From contig JAKZTU010000010.1 in assembly GCA_047516945.1 (NCBI GenBank), forward strand, positions 5,782-69,781: a stretch of 64,000 nucleotides of DNA. Reading direction: 5' to 3'. The notes beneath the pieces are model-generated. The model saw nothing but the letters and a program-made list of their open reading frames with translations, did not search any database and was not told the DNA's origin. Position numbers and translations under genes: made by a program. Each line of letters begins with the position of its first letter. The stretch's first letter is position 1. Shown here piece by piece: positions 18,402 through 28,899 of the stretch. The stretch comes from Acidimicrobiales bacterium. Lineage in GTDB: Bacteria > Actinomycetota > Acidimicrobiia > Acidimicrobiales > Aldehydirespiratoraceae.

Positions 18402-19054
18402 CCGCGACTGGAATTGATCCGGTCGACTCCGACACGCTAAAGCGTCTGCTTTTCTTTGTCGAAGAACGCTCAATGGCGGTCTTTCTGCGTGGGTTTCCTC
18501 CCCGTTTTCTGCCTCAAGATGTGGAAACTGACGTTCGAGAGTTCCGCGGCAAGCAAGACCTCCTCAAGAACTTGCAGAATCGTCTGCATGGTCTGACAAA
18601 CTACTTTCCGCCAGTGGATCATCTCTTCGTGCTGATCGACCGCGATCAAGAAAACTGCCATGATCTGAAATCCCGGTTAGAAACGACCGCAAAGAATGTT
18701 GGGCTCGTGACCCGCACGATGGCAAGCGGACAGAGTTGGCAACTTGTCAACCGTATCGTGATCGAAGAACTCGAAGCCTGGTACTTCGGTGACTGGGAGG
18801 CGGTTCGGGCCGTCTATCCCGGAGTCAATCCCAATGTCGCGCGACGATCGAAATATCGGGATCCCGACGCCATTCGGGGAGGGACATGGGAAGCCCTGGA
18901 ACGGCTGTTGAAATCGGAGTTTCCTGAGGGGCTGCGAAAGAGCGAACTGGCTCGCAATGTCAGCAAGTACATTGACCCCCGACGATCCCGGTCTCATAGT
19001 TTCAAGGTTTTTTGCGATGCGGTGCGGGACGCCGTGCCAAACTCCCGCCTATGA
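18398..19054 (+). CDS. DUF4276/DUF4435-type TOPRIM-like protein; second gene of the cassette
   Basis: GTGA overlap with the ATPase stop. Motifs 'LLFFVEE', 'VLIDRDQ' (DxD) and 'IEELEAWYFGD'. 218 aa, the size typical of DUF4276 as I remember the family. Confidence 0.65.
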   Translation: MTATGIDPVDSDTLKRLLFFVEERSMAVFLRGFPPRFLPQDVETDVREFRGKQDLLKNLQNRLHGLTNYFPPVDHLFVLIDRDQENCHDLKSRLETTAKNVGLVTRTMASGQSWQLVNRIVIEELEAWYFGDWEAVRAVYPGVNPNVARRSKYRDPDAIRGGTWEALERLLKSEFPEGLRKSELARNVSKYIDPRRSRSHSFKVFCDAVRDAVPNSRL

Positions 19055-19803
19055 ACCAACAACCCGCTAGTCCCCGGCGCGGTAGGCCAGAGGTTACGGA
19101 GGGTAAGGCGCCGAGAGAAGCGAAGAGTTTGGAATGGGTGCTTGAGATCGGCCTGCAACGCCGCTCGAAGGTGTTCTATTACACGATCCGATTTCTCATC
19201 CGAACGTTGCTTTGGCGGTGGCTCCGGTTGCAGTCCCGAGGGACAGAGAATATTCCTGCGACCGGACCCGTGATTATCGCTCCGGTTCATCGCTCAAACC
19301 TCGATGCCCCGCTGGTTTCGGGCTGCACCAAACGCCGGTTGCGGGCTCTGGGTAAAGAATCGTTGTTTGTTCACCCGGTCGGTGCCTGGATCTGTGCTGC
19401 ACTTGGTTCAATACCACTGCGACGAGGTGAAGCTGACCGAGATGCGATGCGTTCGGCTCGGGCGATCCTCGACTCGGGCGCCATGTTGTTGGTCTTCCCT
19501 GAAGGCACCCGCCAGAGCAGGAACCAGGTCACCGGAGTCTTTGATGGGATGTCATATTTGGCTTCCAAGACGGGAGCTCCGATCGTCCCGGTGGGGATCG
19601 CCGGAACAGGAGCCGCGTTGCCGGCGGGAGCTAAGTTCCCAAAAAGGGTGCGAACTGCGATCGTGGTGGGTGCCCCGATTCGAGCTCCAGAAGGCCGCCT
19701 GAGTCGTCCAGCGCTGGCTGCTTTGAGCACTGAAGTCGGCACACGCCTCCAAGCCGCCTTCGACGAAGCACAAGCTCTCGTCAACCCCCACCCGGCCCTC
19801 TGA
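19051..19803 (+). CDS. plsC: 1-acyl-sn-glycerol-3-phosphate acyltransferase
   Basis: H(X4)D box 'APVHRSNLDAP' and 'VFPEGTRQ'. ATG 19051 overlaps the upstream TGA (ATGA). Confidence 0.8.
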   Translation: MNQQPASPRRGRPEVTEGKAPREAKSLEWVLEIGLQRRSKVFYYTIRFLIRTLLWRWLRLQSRGTENIPATGPVIIAPVHRSNLDAPLVSGCTKRRLRALGKESLFVHPVGAWICAALGSIPLRRGEADRDAMRSARAILDSGAMLLVFPEGTRQSRNQVTGVFDGMSYLASKTGAPIVPVGIAGTGAALPAGAKFPKRVRTAIVVGAPIRAPEGRLSRPALAALSTEVGTRLQAAFDEAQALVNPHPAL

Positions 19804-19821
19804 GCGCACGGCTCACACGGG

Positions 19822-21039
19822 TCAGCCCAGCTCGGCGAGGTCGGCGTCTTGGCTATCGATCACCGTGAATTCACTGTCGATGAACTCGGCGATCAGGTAA
19901 CGACCGAATCCCGGGTCGCCGACTTCGTCGAGCTCTAGCGGACCAGAAATACCCTCGTAATCGATGTCGGCGCCATCGGCGATCAGGTTTGCGCACTCGC
20001 CGTAGTCGTAGCACTTCTGGCCACCACTGGTAACGGCGTACACTTGTTCCATGATCGCGGGGCCATCGGTAGAACCAGCCGCCAGAGCCGCCAGTGCCAG
20101 CACCATTACGCAGTCGTAGGACTGGCCCCCGTAGATCACGTTGCCATTGGTCAGGGTGCTGAGGCGGGTGCTGAACTCATCGCTACCGCCCGCGGCGATG
20201 ACTACAAACCCGTCAAGCACGTTGGGATTGGTCGGATCCACCATGGTTGGCAGACCCAGGTCGTAGATGCCGTCGCTGCCGTACATAGCGGTTGCTGGAA
20301 ACCCAGCTTCAAGCAGTCCCCTGATGATCTGTGCACCCTCGGCGAAAGTAAGCAGCACCACTGCGTCCGCCCCCATGCCTTCAATGGCGGCGACGGTGGG
20401 ATCGTAGCTGGCCGCGTCTTCGTCGTAGGAGAAGATCTCGTAGTTCACGCCGAGTTCGTCGAAGTTGTCAGCCAACAGCTCGGCTAGGGCGTTGCCCCAG
20501 TCGTCAGCTCGGGCTGGAATGGCTACGTTGGTGCCGCCGTCGGCGGCGACGAGGTTGGCCAAAATCAGCGCCACCGCCTGGTCGGGAGGCACGGTCCTGA
20601 AATAGAAACCGGCGTTTTGTTGAGTGGAGAACGACGGCGATGTGTTGGACGGGGAACATTGTGGAATCTGGGCGTCGTACAGGGTCTGGATGAACGACTG
20701 GGACACCCCCGACGCGGCGGCTCCCACGATCACATGGGCTCCTTCGCCCAACAAGCGGTTGACTGTTTCGGGGGCGACATCGGGATCAGTGGCGGAGTCG
20801 CCGGTCAGCAGTCGCACGTTGCCGCCAGCGGCCTGAATGTCTTGCACCGCCAGATCGATGCTCACGATCATCGGCGCATTGAGAAACGCCAGCGCGCCGG
20901 TCTCGGGCATCACTTGACCGATGACCAACTCAGGATCGCCGTCATCGTCGCCGCTGCAAGCCGCCGCCACCAGCACCAGCGCAGCGCAAACCGCCAAGAT
21001 GCACGGCAGGTAATTCGATCTCATTGTGAGTCTCCTCAA
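19822..21039 (-). CDS. ABC transporter substrate-binding lipoprotein (branched-chain amino acid / LivJ-like type)
   Basis: Lipobox 'LVAAACSGDD' and periplasmic-binding type I style sequence. No permease or ATPase genes are adjacent. Confidence 0.65.
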   Translation of the reverse strand: MRRLTMRSNYLPCILAVCAALVLVAAACSGDDDGDPELVIGQVMPETGALAFLNAPMIVSIDLAVQDIQAAGGNVRLLTGDSATDPDVAPETVNRLLGEGAHVIVGAAASGVSQSFIQTLYDAQIPQCSPSNTSPSFSTQQNAGFYFRTVPPDQAVALILANLVAADGGTNVAIPARADDWGNALAELLADNFDELGVNYEIFSYDEDAASYDPTVAAIEGMGADAVVLLTFAEGAQIIRGLLEAGFPATAMYGSDGIYDLGLPTMVDPTNPNVLDGFVVIAAGGSDEFSTRLSTLTNGNVIYGGQSYDCVMVLALAALAAGSTDGPAIMEQVYAVTSGGQKCYDYGECANLIADGADIDYEGISGPLELDEVGDPGFGRYLIAEFIDSEFTVIDSQDADLAELG

Positions 21040-21151
21040 TTACCAGAGAGGATTCTTGCGATCATTTCACCATAACCCAACGAGACCAGCGCTCAAGTCC
21101 GAACGCATGAGACCCGTGGGGTTGTATCGCAATATGTGATACATTGACGGA

Positions 21152-21391
21152 GTGACATATGCGGTCTCGGTTCGGCTTGATGATGAAGCCACGAAGGCGC
21201 TGCGCGTCTTGGAGGCGTCTGGTTTGAACCGCTCGGAGGCGATTCGTTCCGCGTTGGTTGAGGCGGCGAGGCGGAGACTCAGTCGCGCTGCTCTAGCCGC
21301 TGAAGCGGCAAGGCTTGAAGCCGACGAGCTTGATCGATCCGAGATGCTTGCGGTAGCGGAGTTGATGGAGTCAATGCGTGCTCCGCGGTGA
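21152..21391 (+). CDS. ribbon-helix-helix (CopG/MazE-like) antitoxin
   Basis: 79 aa, 'VSVRLDDEATKALRVLEASGLNRSEAIRSALVEAA'. Overlaps the toxin start by 14 nt. Confidence 0.75.
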   Translation: MTYAVSVRLDDEATKALRVLEASGLNRSEAIRSALVEAARRRLSRAALAAEAARLEADELDRSEMLAVAELMESMRAPR

Positions 21392-21695
21392 CATTTTCCG
21401 GTTCAAACTTCCAAAGGGAACTGGGCACGAACAGCACGGAGATCGTTTCGGCGTGGTGATCCAAGCTGACGAGTTGCTTCCCCGGTCAGACGTCGTAGTA
21501 GCCCCGACATCGCAATCCGCACGCGCAGCTTCGTTTCGACCCGAAATAGAGCTCGGCGGGCAGAAGACCAGGGTGCTCGTCGAGCAGATCGGTGCCGTTG
21601 ATGCCTCCCGGTTAGCAGACTTGGCAGGCCACCTCACACCCGAAGAACTCTGGGGCGTTGACGAGGCCCTCCTCACCGTCCTCGGACTCCGCTGA
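21378..21695 (+). CDS. PemK/MazF-family type II toxin (endoribonuclease)
   Basis: '[24 protein letters not shown]', '..VVVAPTSQS..', '[14 protein letters not shown]'. 105 aa. Confidence 0.75.
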   Translation: MLRGDIFRFKLPKGTGHEQHGDRFGVVIQADELLPRSDVVVAPTSQSARAASFRPEIELGGQKTRVLVEQIGAVDASRLADLAGHLTPEELWGVDEALLTVLGLR

Positions 21696-21715
21696 GAATT
21701 GCTGGCACCTGCGGC

Positions 21716-22933
<1,218 letters not shown>

Positions 22934-22983
22934 AATCAAGCCCGTAGCCCGATTCTGGGTGGAGACCTATCGGTGCGTGCTCT

Positions 22984-24768
22984 GTGAGTGAAGCCCTAAT
23001 CCTTGACGATCACATCTGGCGCCGTGGTGGGCGCTTGATCGCACGGTCGTTGCGCGCCCATCCGGGACCTCACACGATTGCGATGCTTGGAGCGACGCTG
23101 TTCGTGTTCGCTGCGGTCGGGGGCGCCTGGGTGCTGCGCGGAGTCACCGATGAGCTGATCGTTCCAGCTTTCGAAGATGGAGCACTAGCGGGTGCTGGTT
23201 CAGGCGGTGGTGTTTCAGCGAACAGTGTTTGGCTGGCAATGGCCGCGCTGATTGGTGTGTCTTTGGTGCGCGGCCTGAGCGTTGTCACCCGCCGGTTCTT
23301 TCTGTCGATGGCTGAATTCCGGACCCAGCGAGATTGGCGACGCGGGCTGCTGTGGCACTACCTCGACGTGCCTTTGCACTTCCATCGCTCCAAACCCACC
23401 GGGGAGTTGTTGGCTCACGCCGACATCGACGTACAGATGGCCACGATGGTCCTCAAGCCTCTGGCGTTCTCGGTGAGTGTGGTTTTGTTAGTACTGGTCT
23501 CGATCGTCAGCATCGCGTTGGTCCACCCGCTGCTAGCCCTGATCGCAGCGATCCTTTTCCCCACGTTGGTCGTCGTAAGCCAGAAATACACGTCATTGGT
23601 GGAAGAACCCGCGGCACTTGCCCAACAGCGTGTCGGCGATGTATCTGCGATCGCGTACGAGAGTTTCGATGGTGCTGTGATCGTGAAGACGCTGGGGCGT
23701 GAAGCCGCTGAAGTTGAGCGCATGCTCAAAGCTTCGGATCGGTTGCGAGAATGGCGGGTGCGGGTTGGCCGCCTTCGGGCGAACTTTGAGCCGGTGATTG
23801 ATTCGCTCCCCAACATTGGCATCATTTTAATGATCTTGGTCGGTACCTGGCTGGTGTCTCGCGGTGACGCCAGCGAAGGCGACCTGGTACTGGCGGCCAC
23901 TCTGTTTGGGCTGCTCACGACCCCCTTGCGAGTATTGGGGTTCTTTCTCGAGGAACTGCCACGTTCGGTTGTGTCCCTCGAACGCGTCGATCGGGTGATG
24001 GCGCATCCACTCCAAGATCGCAGCGGCACCGCCACACTGCCCGATGGTCCGTTGGGTGTCGTCGTTGACGAGCTGACGGTGACCTACGCCCGCAGCGAAG
24101 CGGTCTCCGAAATGTCGTTTGTCGTTGATCCAGGCGAAACGCTTGCGTTGGTGGGGCCAACCGGGTCTGGGAAATCCACGCTGCTTGAATCCATCGCGGG
24201 GCTACTCGAACCTTCCGGTGGAAGTATCAGCATTGGTGGGATTGTGGTCGAAGACCTCGCTCCCGAGGAACTGTCACGGGGGGTGGCTCTAGCGTTTCAA
24301 GAGGCTTTCCTGTTCGCCTCTTCGATTTCAGAGAACGTGGCGATGGGCCGATTGGGTGTTGATATTGACGGTTCGCTTTGGCTCGCAGAGGCCGACAAGT
24401 TTGTCGCGGCGCTACCGTCGGGCTCTGCAACGGTGGTGGGAGAGCGTGGTCAGACGCTTTCGGGAGGGCAGCGACAACGGGTGGCTTTGGCCCGGGCTCT
24501 GGCTCGCTCACCGCAATTGTTGTTACTCGACGACGCCACAAGTGCGGTCGACCCGGTGGTGGAAGCCCGCATTCTCGACAACCTGGGTCACCATCTCGAC
24601 ACCACAGTCATTGTGGTGGCCCACCGCATCTCCACCATCTTGTTGGCTGATCGGGTTGCATACATCGAAGCCGGCAGGGTTGTGGCTGTAGGCCGCCACG
24701 AAGATCTCTTGGAGCGTGAGGATTACCGCTCGCTGGTGATGTCATACGAACAGGCCGATCTGAAATGA
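22984..24768 (+). CDS. ABC exporter, fused permease/ATPase (half of a heterodimer)
   Basis: N-terminal 6-TM domain, Walker A 'GPTGSGKST', signature 'LSGGQRQRVALARA', Walker B 'LLLDDATSAVD'. Confidence 0.85.
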   Translation: MSEALILDDHIWRRGGRLIARSLRAHPGPHTIAMLGATLFVFAAVGGAWVLRGVTDELIVPAFEDGALAGAGSGGGVSANSVWLAMAALIGVSLVRGLSVVTRRFFLSMAEFRTQRDWRRGLLWHYLDVPLHFHRSKPTGELLAHADIDVQMATMVLKPLAFSVSVVLLVLVSIVSIALVHPLLALIAAILFPTLVVVSQKYTSLVEEPAALAQQRVGDVSAIAYESFDGAVIVKTLGREAAEVERMLKASDRLREWRVRVGRLRANFEPVIDSLPNIGIILMILVGTWLVSRGDASEGDLVLAATLFGLLTTPLRVLGFFLEELPRSVVSLERVDRVMAHPLQDRSGTATLPDGPLGVVVDELTVTYARSEAVSEMSFVVDPGETLALVGPTGSGKSTLLESIAGLLEPSGGSISIGGIVVEDLAPEELSRGVALAFQEAFLFASSISENVAMGRLGVDIDGSLWLAEADKFVAALPSGSATVVGERGQTLSGGQRQRVALARALARSPQLLLLDDATSAVDPVVEARILDNLGHHLDTTVIVVAHRISTILLADRVAYIEAGRVVAVGRHEDLLEREDYRSLVMSYEQADLK

Positions 24769-26684
24769 GCAACGCCGCGCACCCAGACCGATCCGAAGTA
24801 GGTAGGGCTGCGATGCCAGGCAGATCTCAGAAGGCGAGCCGATCCGAACTGAGCAGTGCTGCGAAGTCGGGCGTGGAAGAGGCTATCGCTCTGCTCGACG
24901 GCGAAGCGGTGCCAGATGTCGGCGCTTTAGCTGTGTTGCGGCGCGGGCTTGCGATTAGTCCGGAACTCAAATCTGGCTTGCGTGTGACTCTGGGAATGGC
25001 CTTTACCGCGGCGGCTGGACGACTCATCGTTCCCATTCTGGTGCAGCAGGTTCTGGACAAGGGTTTGTTGGGTGAGGGGGGTTATAGACCCGGATTTGTG
25101 CTGCTGGCTTCGGGTTTGGCGTTTGGCATCGTGATCGTGGTCTTCGCAGCGGCTCGGATCACCCACATACGTCTGGTGATAGCAGCCGAAGCGCTGCTGT
25201 TGGGGTTGCGGGTTCGTGCCTTTGAACACATCCACAAGCTGAGCATGGCCGATCACACCGGCAGCAGGCGCGGAGTATTGGTCAGCAGAGTCACCTCCGA
25301 TGTGGAGGCGCTGGCGCAGTTCACCCAGTGGGGAGCGCTGAGTTGGATAATCAACAGTTCAATCGTCACCGGTGCTTTGACGGTTATGGCGATCTACAAC
25401 TGGAAGCTGACGCTGTTGGTTGTGGCGTGCCATCTCCCGCTGATTCCGTTCCTGCGTTGGGTGCAGGTCCGTCAGTTTTCGGCTTACGGACTGGTCAGGA
25501 CCCGGGTGGCCGAGACGCTCGGTGAGACATCAGAGGCGGTCTCGGGCGCGCCGGTCATTCGGGCTTACGGCTACGACGCGGCGCTGCGTGATCGTCTCGA
25601 CGGCGTGGTTGACCGCCAGTACGGCGCCCAGCTTCGCTCAAGTATCTGGTTCGCGGGGATGCTTCCCGTGGTCGATTTCTTTTCGTCTTTGTCTTTGGCG
25701 GTCACGGTGGGTGTGGGCGTCTGGTGGAGTGGCGCTACCGATGTTGGTGTCGGTGAGTTGGTGGCTTTCTTGTTCTTGGTCAACATGTTGTTGAACCCCA
25801 TTGCCGAGGTGGGCGTGGTGATGGATCAGACCCAGACTGCCTTGGCGGGATGGTGGAAGATCCTGTCGGTGCTCGACGTGCCGGTTGAAGTTGAAGAACC
25901 CGAAGATGGGGTGGACCTGCCAGCGGGCCCGTTGGCGGTGACGGTCGCCGGTGTCAACTTCCGTTACCGAGACGGTGAGCAAGTGCTTCACGATGTCGAT
26001 CTGTCCATCGCGGCGGAAAGCAACGTTGCGGTGGTCGGCGAAACCGGCAGTGGTAAGACAACGCTGGCACGTTTGTTGACACGGCTGGCTGACCCTACCG
26101 AGGGCAAGATCCTGGTCGGTGGTGTTGATCTGGCTACTGTCGATCCCGCAGCGCGCCGTCGCACGATCCGCATGGTTCCCCAGGACGGTTTCCTGTTCGA
26201 CACTTCGATTGGGGAGAACATTTGCTTCGGTCGCCCTGATGCGACGAGGGCCGATGCAGTCGCGGCTATCGACGCCCTTGGCCTTACTGGTTGGCTGGGG
26301 AAGGTTCCGGGTGGTCTCGACGCGGTGGTCGGCGAAAGAGGCGGCCGCCTCTCTGTTGGTGAACGACAACTCGTGGCGTTGGCCCGTGCCCAGGTGGCCG
26401 ATCCTGGTCTGTTGCTTCTTGATGAGGCGACTTCAGCCGTAGATCCCGAGACCGAGGAGGCATTGGCCGCCGCGCTGAGCCGTTTGGCGGTCGGCCGAAC
26501 CATGATTTCGATCGCTCATCGCATGTCCACCGCAGAGCGAGCCGACCTGGTGGTGGTGTTTGACGCGGGCCGGATCGTTCAACAGGGAACTCACCAAGAA
26601 TTGGTGGCCGTTGAAGGTGTGTACAGCGCCATGTACGATTCCTGGATCGGCAACACCCGCACCGATGCAACCACCCAACCGTGA
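24765..26684 (+). CDS. ABC exporter, fused permease/ATPase (second half)
   Basis: ATGA overlap with the upstream gene. Walker A 'GETGSGKTT', degenerate signature 'LSVGERQLVALARA', Walker B 'LLLDEATSAVD'. Confidence 0.85.
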   Translation: MSNAAHPDRSEVGRAAMPGRSQKASRSELSSAAKSGVEEAIALLDGEAVPDVGALAVLRRGLAISPELKSGLRVTLGMAFTAAAGRLIVPILVQQVLDKGLLGEGGYRPGFVLLASGLAFGIVIVVFAAARITHIRLVIAAEALLLGLRVRAFEHIHKLSMADHTGSRRGVLVSRVTSDVEALAQFTQWGALSWIINSSIVTGALTVMAIYNWKLTLLVVACHLPLIPFLRWVQVRQFSAYGLVRTRVAETLGETSEAVSGAPVIRAYGYDAALRDRLDGVVDRQYGAQLRSSIWFAGMLPVVDFFSSLSLAVTVGVGVWWSGATDVGVGELVAFLFLVNMLLNPIAEVGVVMDQTQTALAGWWKILSVLDVPVEVEEPEDGVDLPAGPLAVTVAGVNFRYRDGEQVLHDVDLSIAAESNVAVVGETGSGKTTLARLLTRLADPTEGKILVGGVDLATVDPAARRRTIRMVPQDGFLFDTSIGENICFGRPDATRADAVAAIDALGLTGWLGKVPGGLDAVVGERGGRLSVGERQLVALARAQVADPGLLLLDEATSAVDPETEEALAAALSRLAVGRTMISIAHRMSTAERADLVVVFDAGRIVQQGTHQELVAVEGVYSAMYDSWIGNTRTDATTQP

Positions 26685-26789
26685 CAGTCATTAAAGAGCC
26701 GATGGAGAATGTCGCACTATTCGCTATGCCTGGTGGTCTCGCTGCTAGCGTTCAGCGCGGTGCGCCAATTTCCCGCATTCGGAGACCCC

Positions 26790-26851
26790 ACGTTGCTCAT
26801 GAATGAGGATGTCCATGAATACGTTGCTCATGAATGAGGATGTCCATGAAT
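26790..26851. repeat. perfect 31-bp tandem duplication spanning the mdh RBS and start codon
   Basis: acgttgctcatgaatgaggatgtccatgaat occurs at 26790-26820 and again at 26821-26851 with no mismatch. Confidence 0.95.
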
Positions 26852-27832
26852 GATCCTGTTCGCGTAGCTGTAAGCGGTGCTGCCGGCCAGATCGGCTACA
26901 GCCTTTTGTTCCGAATTGCGAGTGGTTCCATGCTGGGACCCGACCAGCCGGTAGTCTTGCAACTGCTTGAGATCCCGCCAGCCATGAACGCCCTCGAGGG
27001 CGTGGCCATGGAACTCAACGATGGCGCGTTTCCATTGCTCGCCGGTATCACCCAGTCGGACAATCCCAATATCGCATTTGAGGGGGCCAATATTGCGTTG
27101 CTGGTGGGTTCTCGCCCTCGCTCCAAGGGTATGGAACGCAAGGATTTGCTAGAAGCCAACGGAGCGATCTTCACCGTGCAAGGCAAGGCAATCAACAACA
27201 ACGCAGCCGATGATGTGAGGGTGCTGGTTGTTGGCAACCCAGCCAACACCAATGCACTCATCGCTATGAACAACGCACCGGATGTTCCCGATGATCGTTT
27301 CACGGCGATGACTCGTTTGGATCACAACCGTGCCATGGCTCAGCTGGCCAACAAGCTCGATGCGTCGGTAAACGACATCAAGAAGATGACGATCTGGGGC
27401 AACCACTCTGCGACCCAGTATCCCGATGTCTTTCACTGCACGGTCAATGGTTCCGACGCGGCCTCAGCGATCGGGGATCAGGCTTGGCTCACAGACTCGT
27501 TCATTCCGACTGTGCAGCAACGCGGGGCGGCCATTATCGAGGCGCGCGGGTTGTCGTCGGCAGCTTCTGCGGCTTCGGCAGCGGTGGACCATGTTCACGA
27601 CTGGATGTTGGGAACCGACCAAGGGGATTGGGTCTCGATGGCGGTCGCCTCTGATGGTTCCTATGGAGTTCCGCAGGGTTTGATGTCGTCGTTCCCGGTT
27701 ACTTGTGGGGGAGGCGAGTATTCCATCGTCGATGATCTGGAGATCAATGAATTCTCCCGAAGTCGTATCGATGCTTCGGTCGCCGAGCTGGCAGAAGAAC
27801 GCGAAACGGTCCGCGAACTCGGATTGATCTAA
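26846..27832 (+). CDS. mdh: malate dehydrogenase
   Basis: '[12 protein letters not shown]', '[10 protein letters not shown]', 'TRLDHNRA', 'IWGNHS'. ATG 26846 (MNDPVRV..) follows GAGGA, and the alternative in-frame ATG is at 26834. Confidence 0.92.
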   Translation: MNDPVRVAVSGAAGQIGYSLLFRIASGSMLGPDQPVVLQLLEIPPAMNALEGVAMELNDGAFPLLAGITQSDNPNIAFEGANIALLVGSRPRSKGMERKDLLEANGAIFTVQGKAINNNAADDVRVLVVGNPANTNALIAMNNAPDVPDDRFTAMTRLDHNRAMAQLANKLDASVNDIKKMTIWGNHSATQYPDVFHCTVNGSDAASAIGDQAWLTDSFIPTVQQRGAAIIEARGLSSAASAASAAVDHVHDWMLGTDQGDWVSMAVASDGSYGVPQGLMSSFPVTCGGGEYSIVDDLEINEFSRSRIDASVAELAEERETVRELGLI

Positions 27833-27905
27833 CCCACAACGGCAGACATTGAGCGCGGGTCCGGGTCTGGACCGTCGCGATCAGCTATGACAGACTTGAT
27901 CGCCA

Positions 27906-28889
27906 ATGACCTGGTTTGTGGCCGTGCTGGCCCAGTCCGACAGCGCAGCGCTGCTGGACGACCCCCTGACTGGCGGGGACTGGATCAGGGCCGGAGCGGT
28001 GCTCATCGGCTCGGCGATGTTGGCGGTGGTCGTCTCCAGAGTGCTGCGCAGAGTCGTTTCACGCGGCCTCGGGGCTGGTTTCGCGGCGATCATTACCGGG
28101 CGCCTAATGGCCTATGCGGTCTTTCTTGTTGGCCTGTCGTACGCGCTAACGAGTCTCGGCGTGAGGGTTGGCCCGCTATTCGGGGCCTTGGGTCTTGGTG
28201 GTTTGGTGCTGGCGCTGGCGCTCCAGGGGGTAGTCGGGAACTTCGTATCCTCGCTGATCCTCCAAACACGCAGGCCGTTCACCGTTGGTGACACCGTCGA
28301 ACTCGAAGGCCGTATCGGGGTGGTCGAGGACATTGACTCGCGCACCACGCAAATTCGCGGCCTTGACGGCACTCATATCCGTGTCCCCAATGCCAACGTT
28401 GTGGATGCCACCATCGTCAATCTGACGCGCGAACCGGTGCGCCGTAGTTCGTTGGCGGTAGGCGTGGCCTACGACACCGACCTCCAGTTGGCAACTGAGG
28501 TGATCTACCAGGCCCTGGAAAGGGTGCCAAGGGTGCTGTCCGATCCTGAACCGTGGGTGAACCTGGACGGATTCGGCGACTCCAGCATCGGCTTCACCGT
28601 GTTGTACTGGCACGCCAGCGATGTTCCCTCCGAGCTGTCCGCGCGCCACGACTTAGTTGTCGCGATCCATCAGGCGTTCGCAGCGGAGTCCATCACTATC
28701 GCCTTCCCTCAAGTGGTCGTTTGGAGCGGCCAAGCCAAGCCCGACCAACTTTATGAGGGCAGTGTTGGTGTGGTGCACAGGCCCGATGTGGATCTGGAGC
28801 AGCCGGAAGCCGATAAGGAGCGCCGCATTGCGCAATGGCGACTTCGGGGTCTGCGCCGCAGCGATCAGCCGCAGAGGCCGAGCGAATAG
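27906..28889 (+). CDS. MscS-family mechanosensitive channel
   Basis: TM helices followed by 'FTVGDTVELEGRIGVVEDIDSRTTQIRGLDGTHIRVPNANV'. Confidence 0.8.
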   Translation: MTWFVAVLAQSDSAALLDDPLTGGDWIRAGAVLIGSAMLAVVVSRVLRRVVSRGLGAGFAAIITGRLMAYAVFLVGLSYALTSLGVRVGPLFGALGLGGLVLALALQGVVGNFVSSLILQTRRPFTVGDTVELEGRIGVVEDIDSRTTQIRGLDGTHIRVPNANVVDATIVNLTREPVRRSSLAVGVAYDTDLQLATEVIYQALERVPRVLSDPEPWVNLDGFGDSSIGFTVLYWHASDVPSELSARHDLVVAIHQAFAAESITIAFPQVVVWSGQAKPDQLYEGSVGVVHRPDVDLEQPEADKERRIAQWRLRGLRRSDQPQRPSE

Positions 28890-28899
28890 GGTTTGGCGT

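Noticed and set aside
17111-19054. Looked for hallmarks of a classical mobile island around the ATPase/DUF4276 cassette (integrase, tRNA target, flanking direct or inverted repeats).
   Set aside because: None are visible. Only an 8-nt coincidence (gcggtgcg) occurs near both ends. The case for acquisition therefore rests on composition and context only, and no mobile_element feature is reported.
28657-28899. 81-aa N-terminal extension of the Fpg/Nei ORF.
   Set aside because: It overlaps the mscS 3' end in another frame. The catalytic N-terminus must be Met-Pro-Glu-Leu-Pro-Glu, which is found at ATG 28900.
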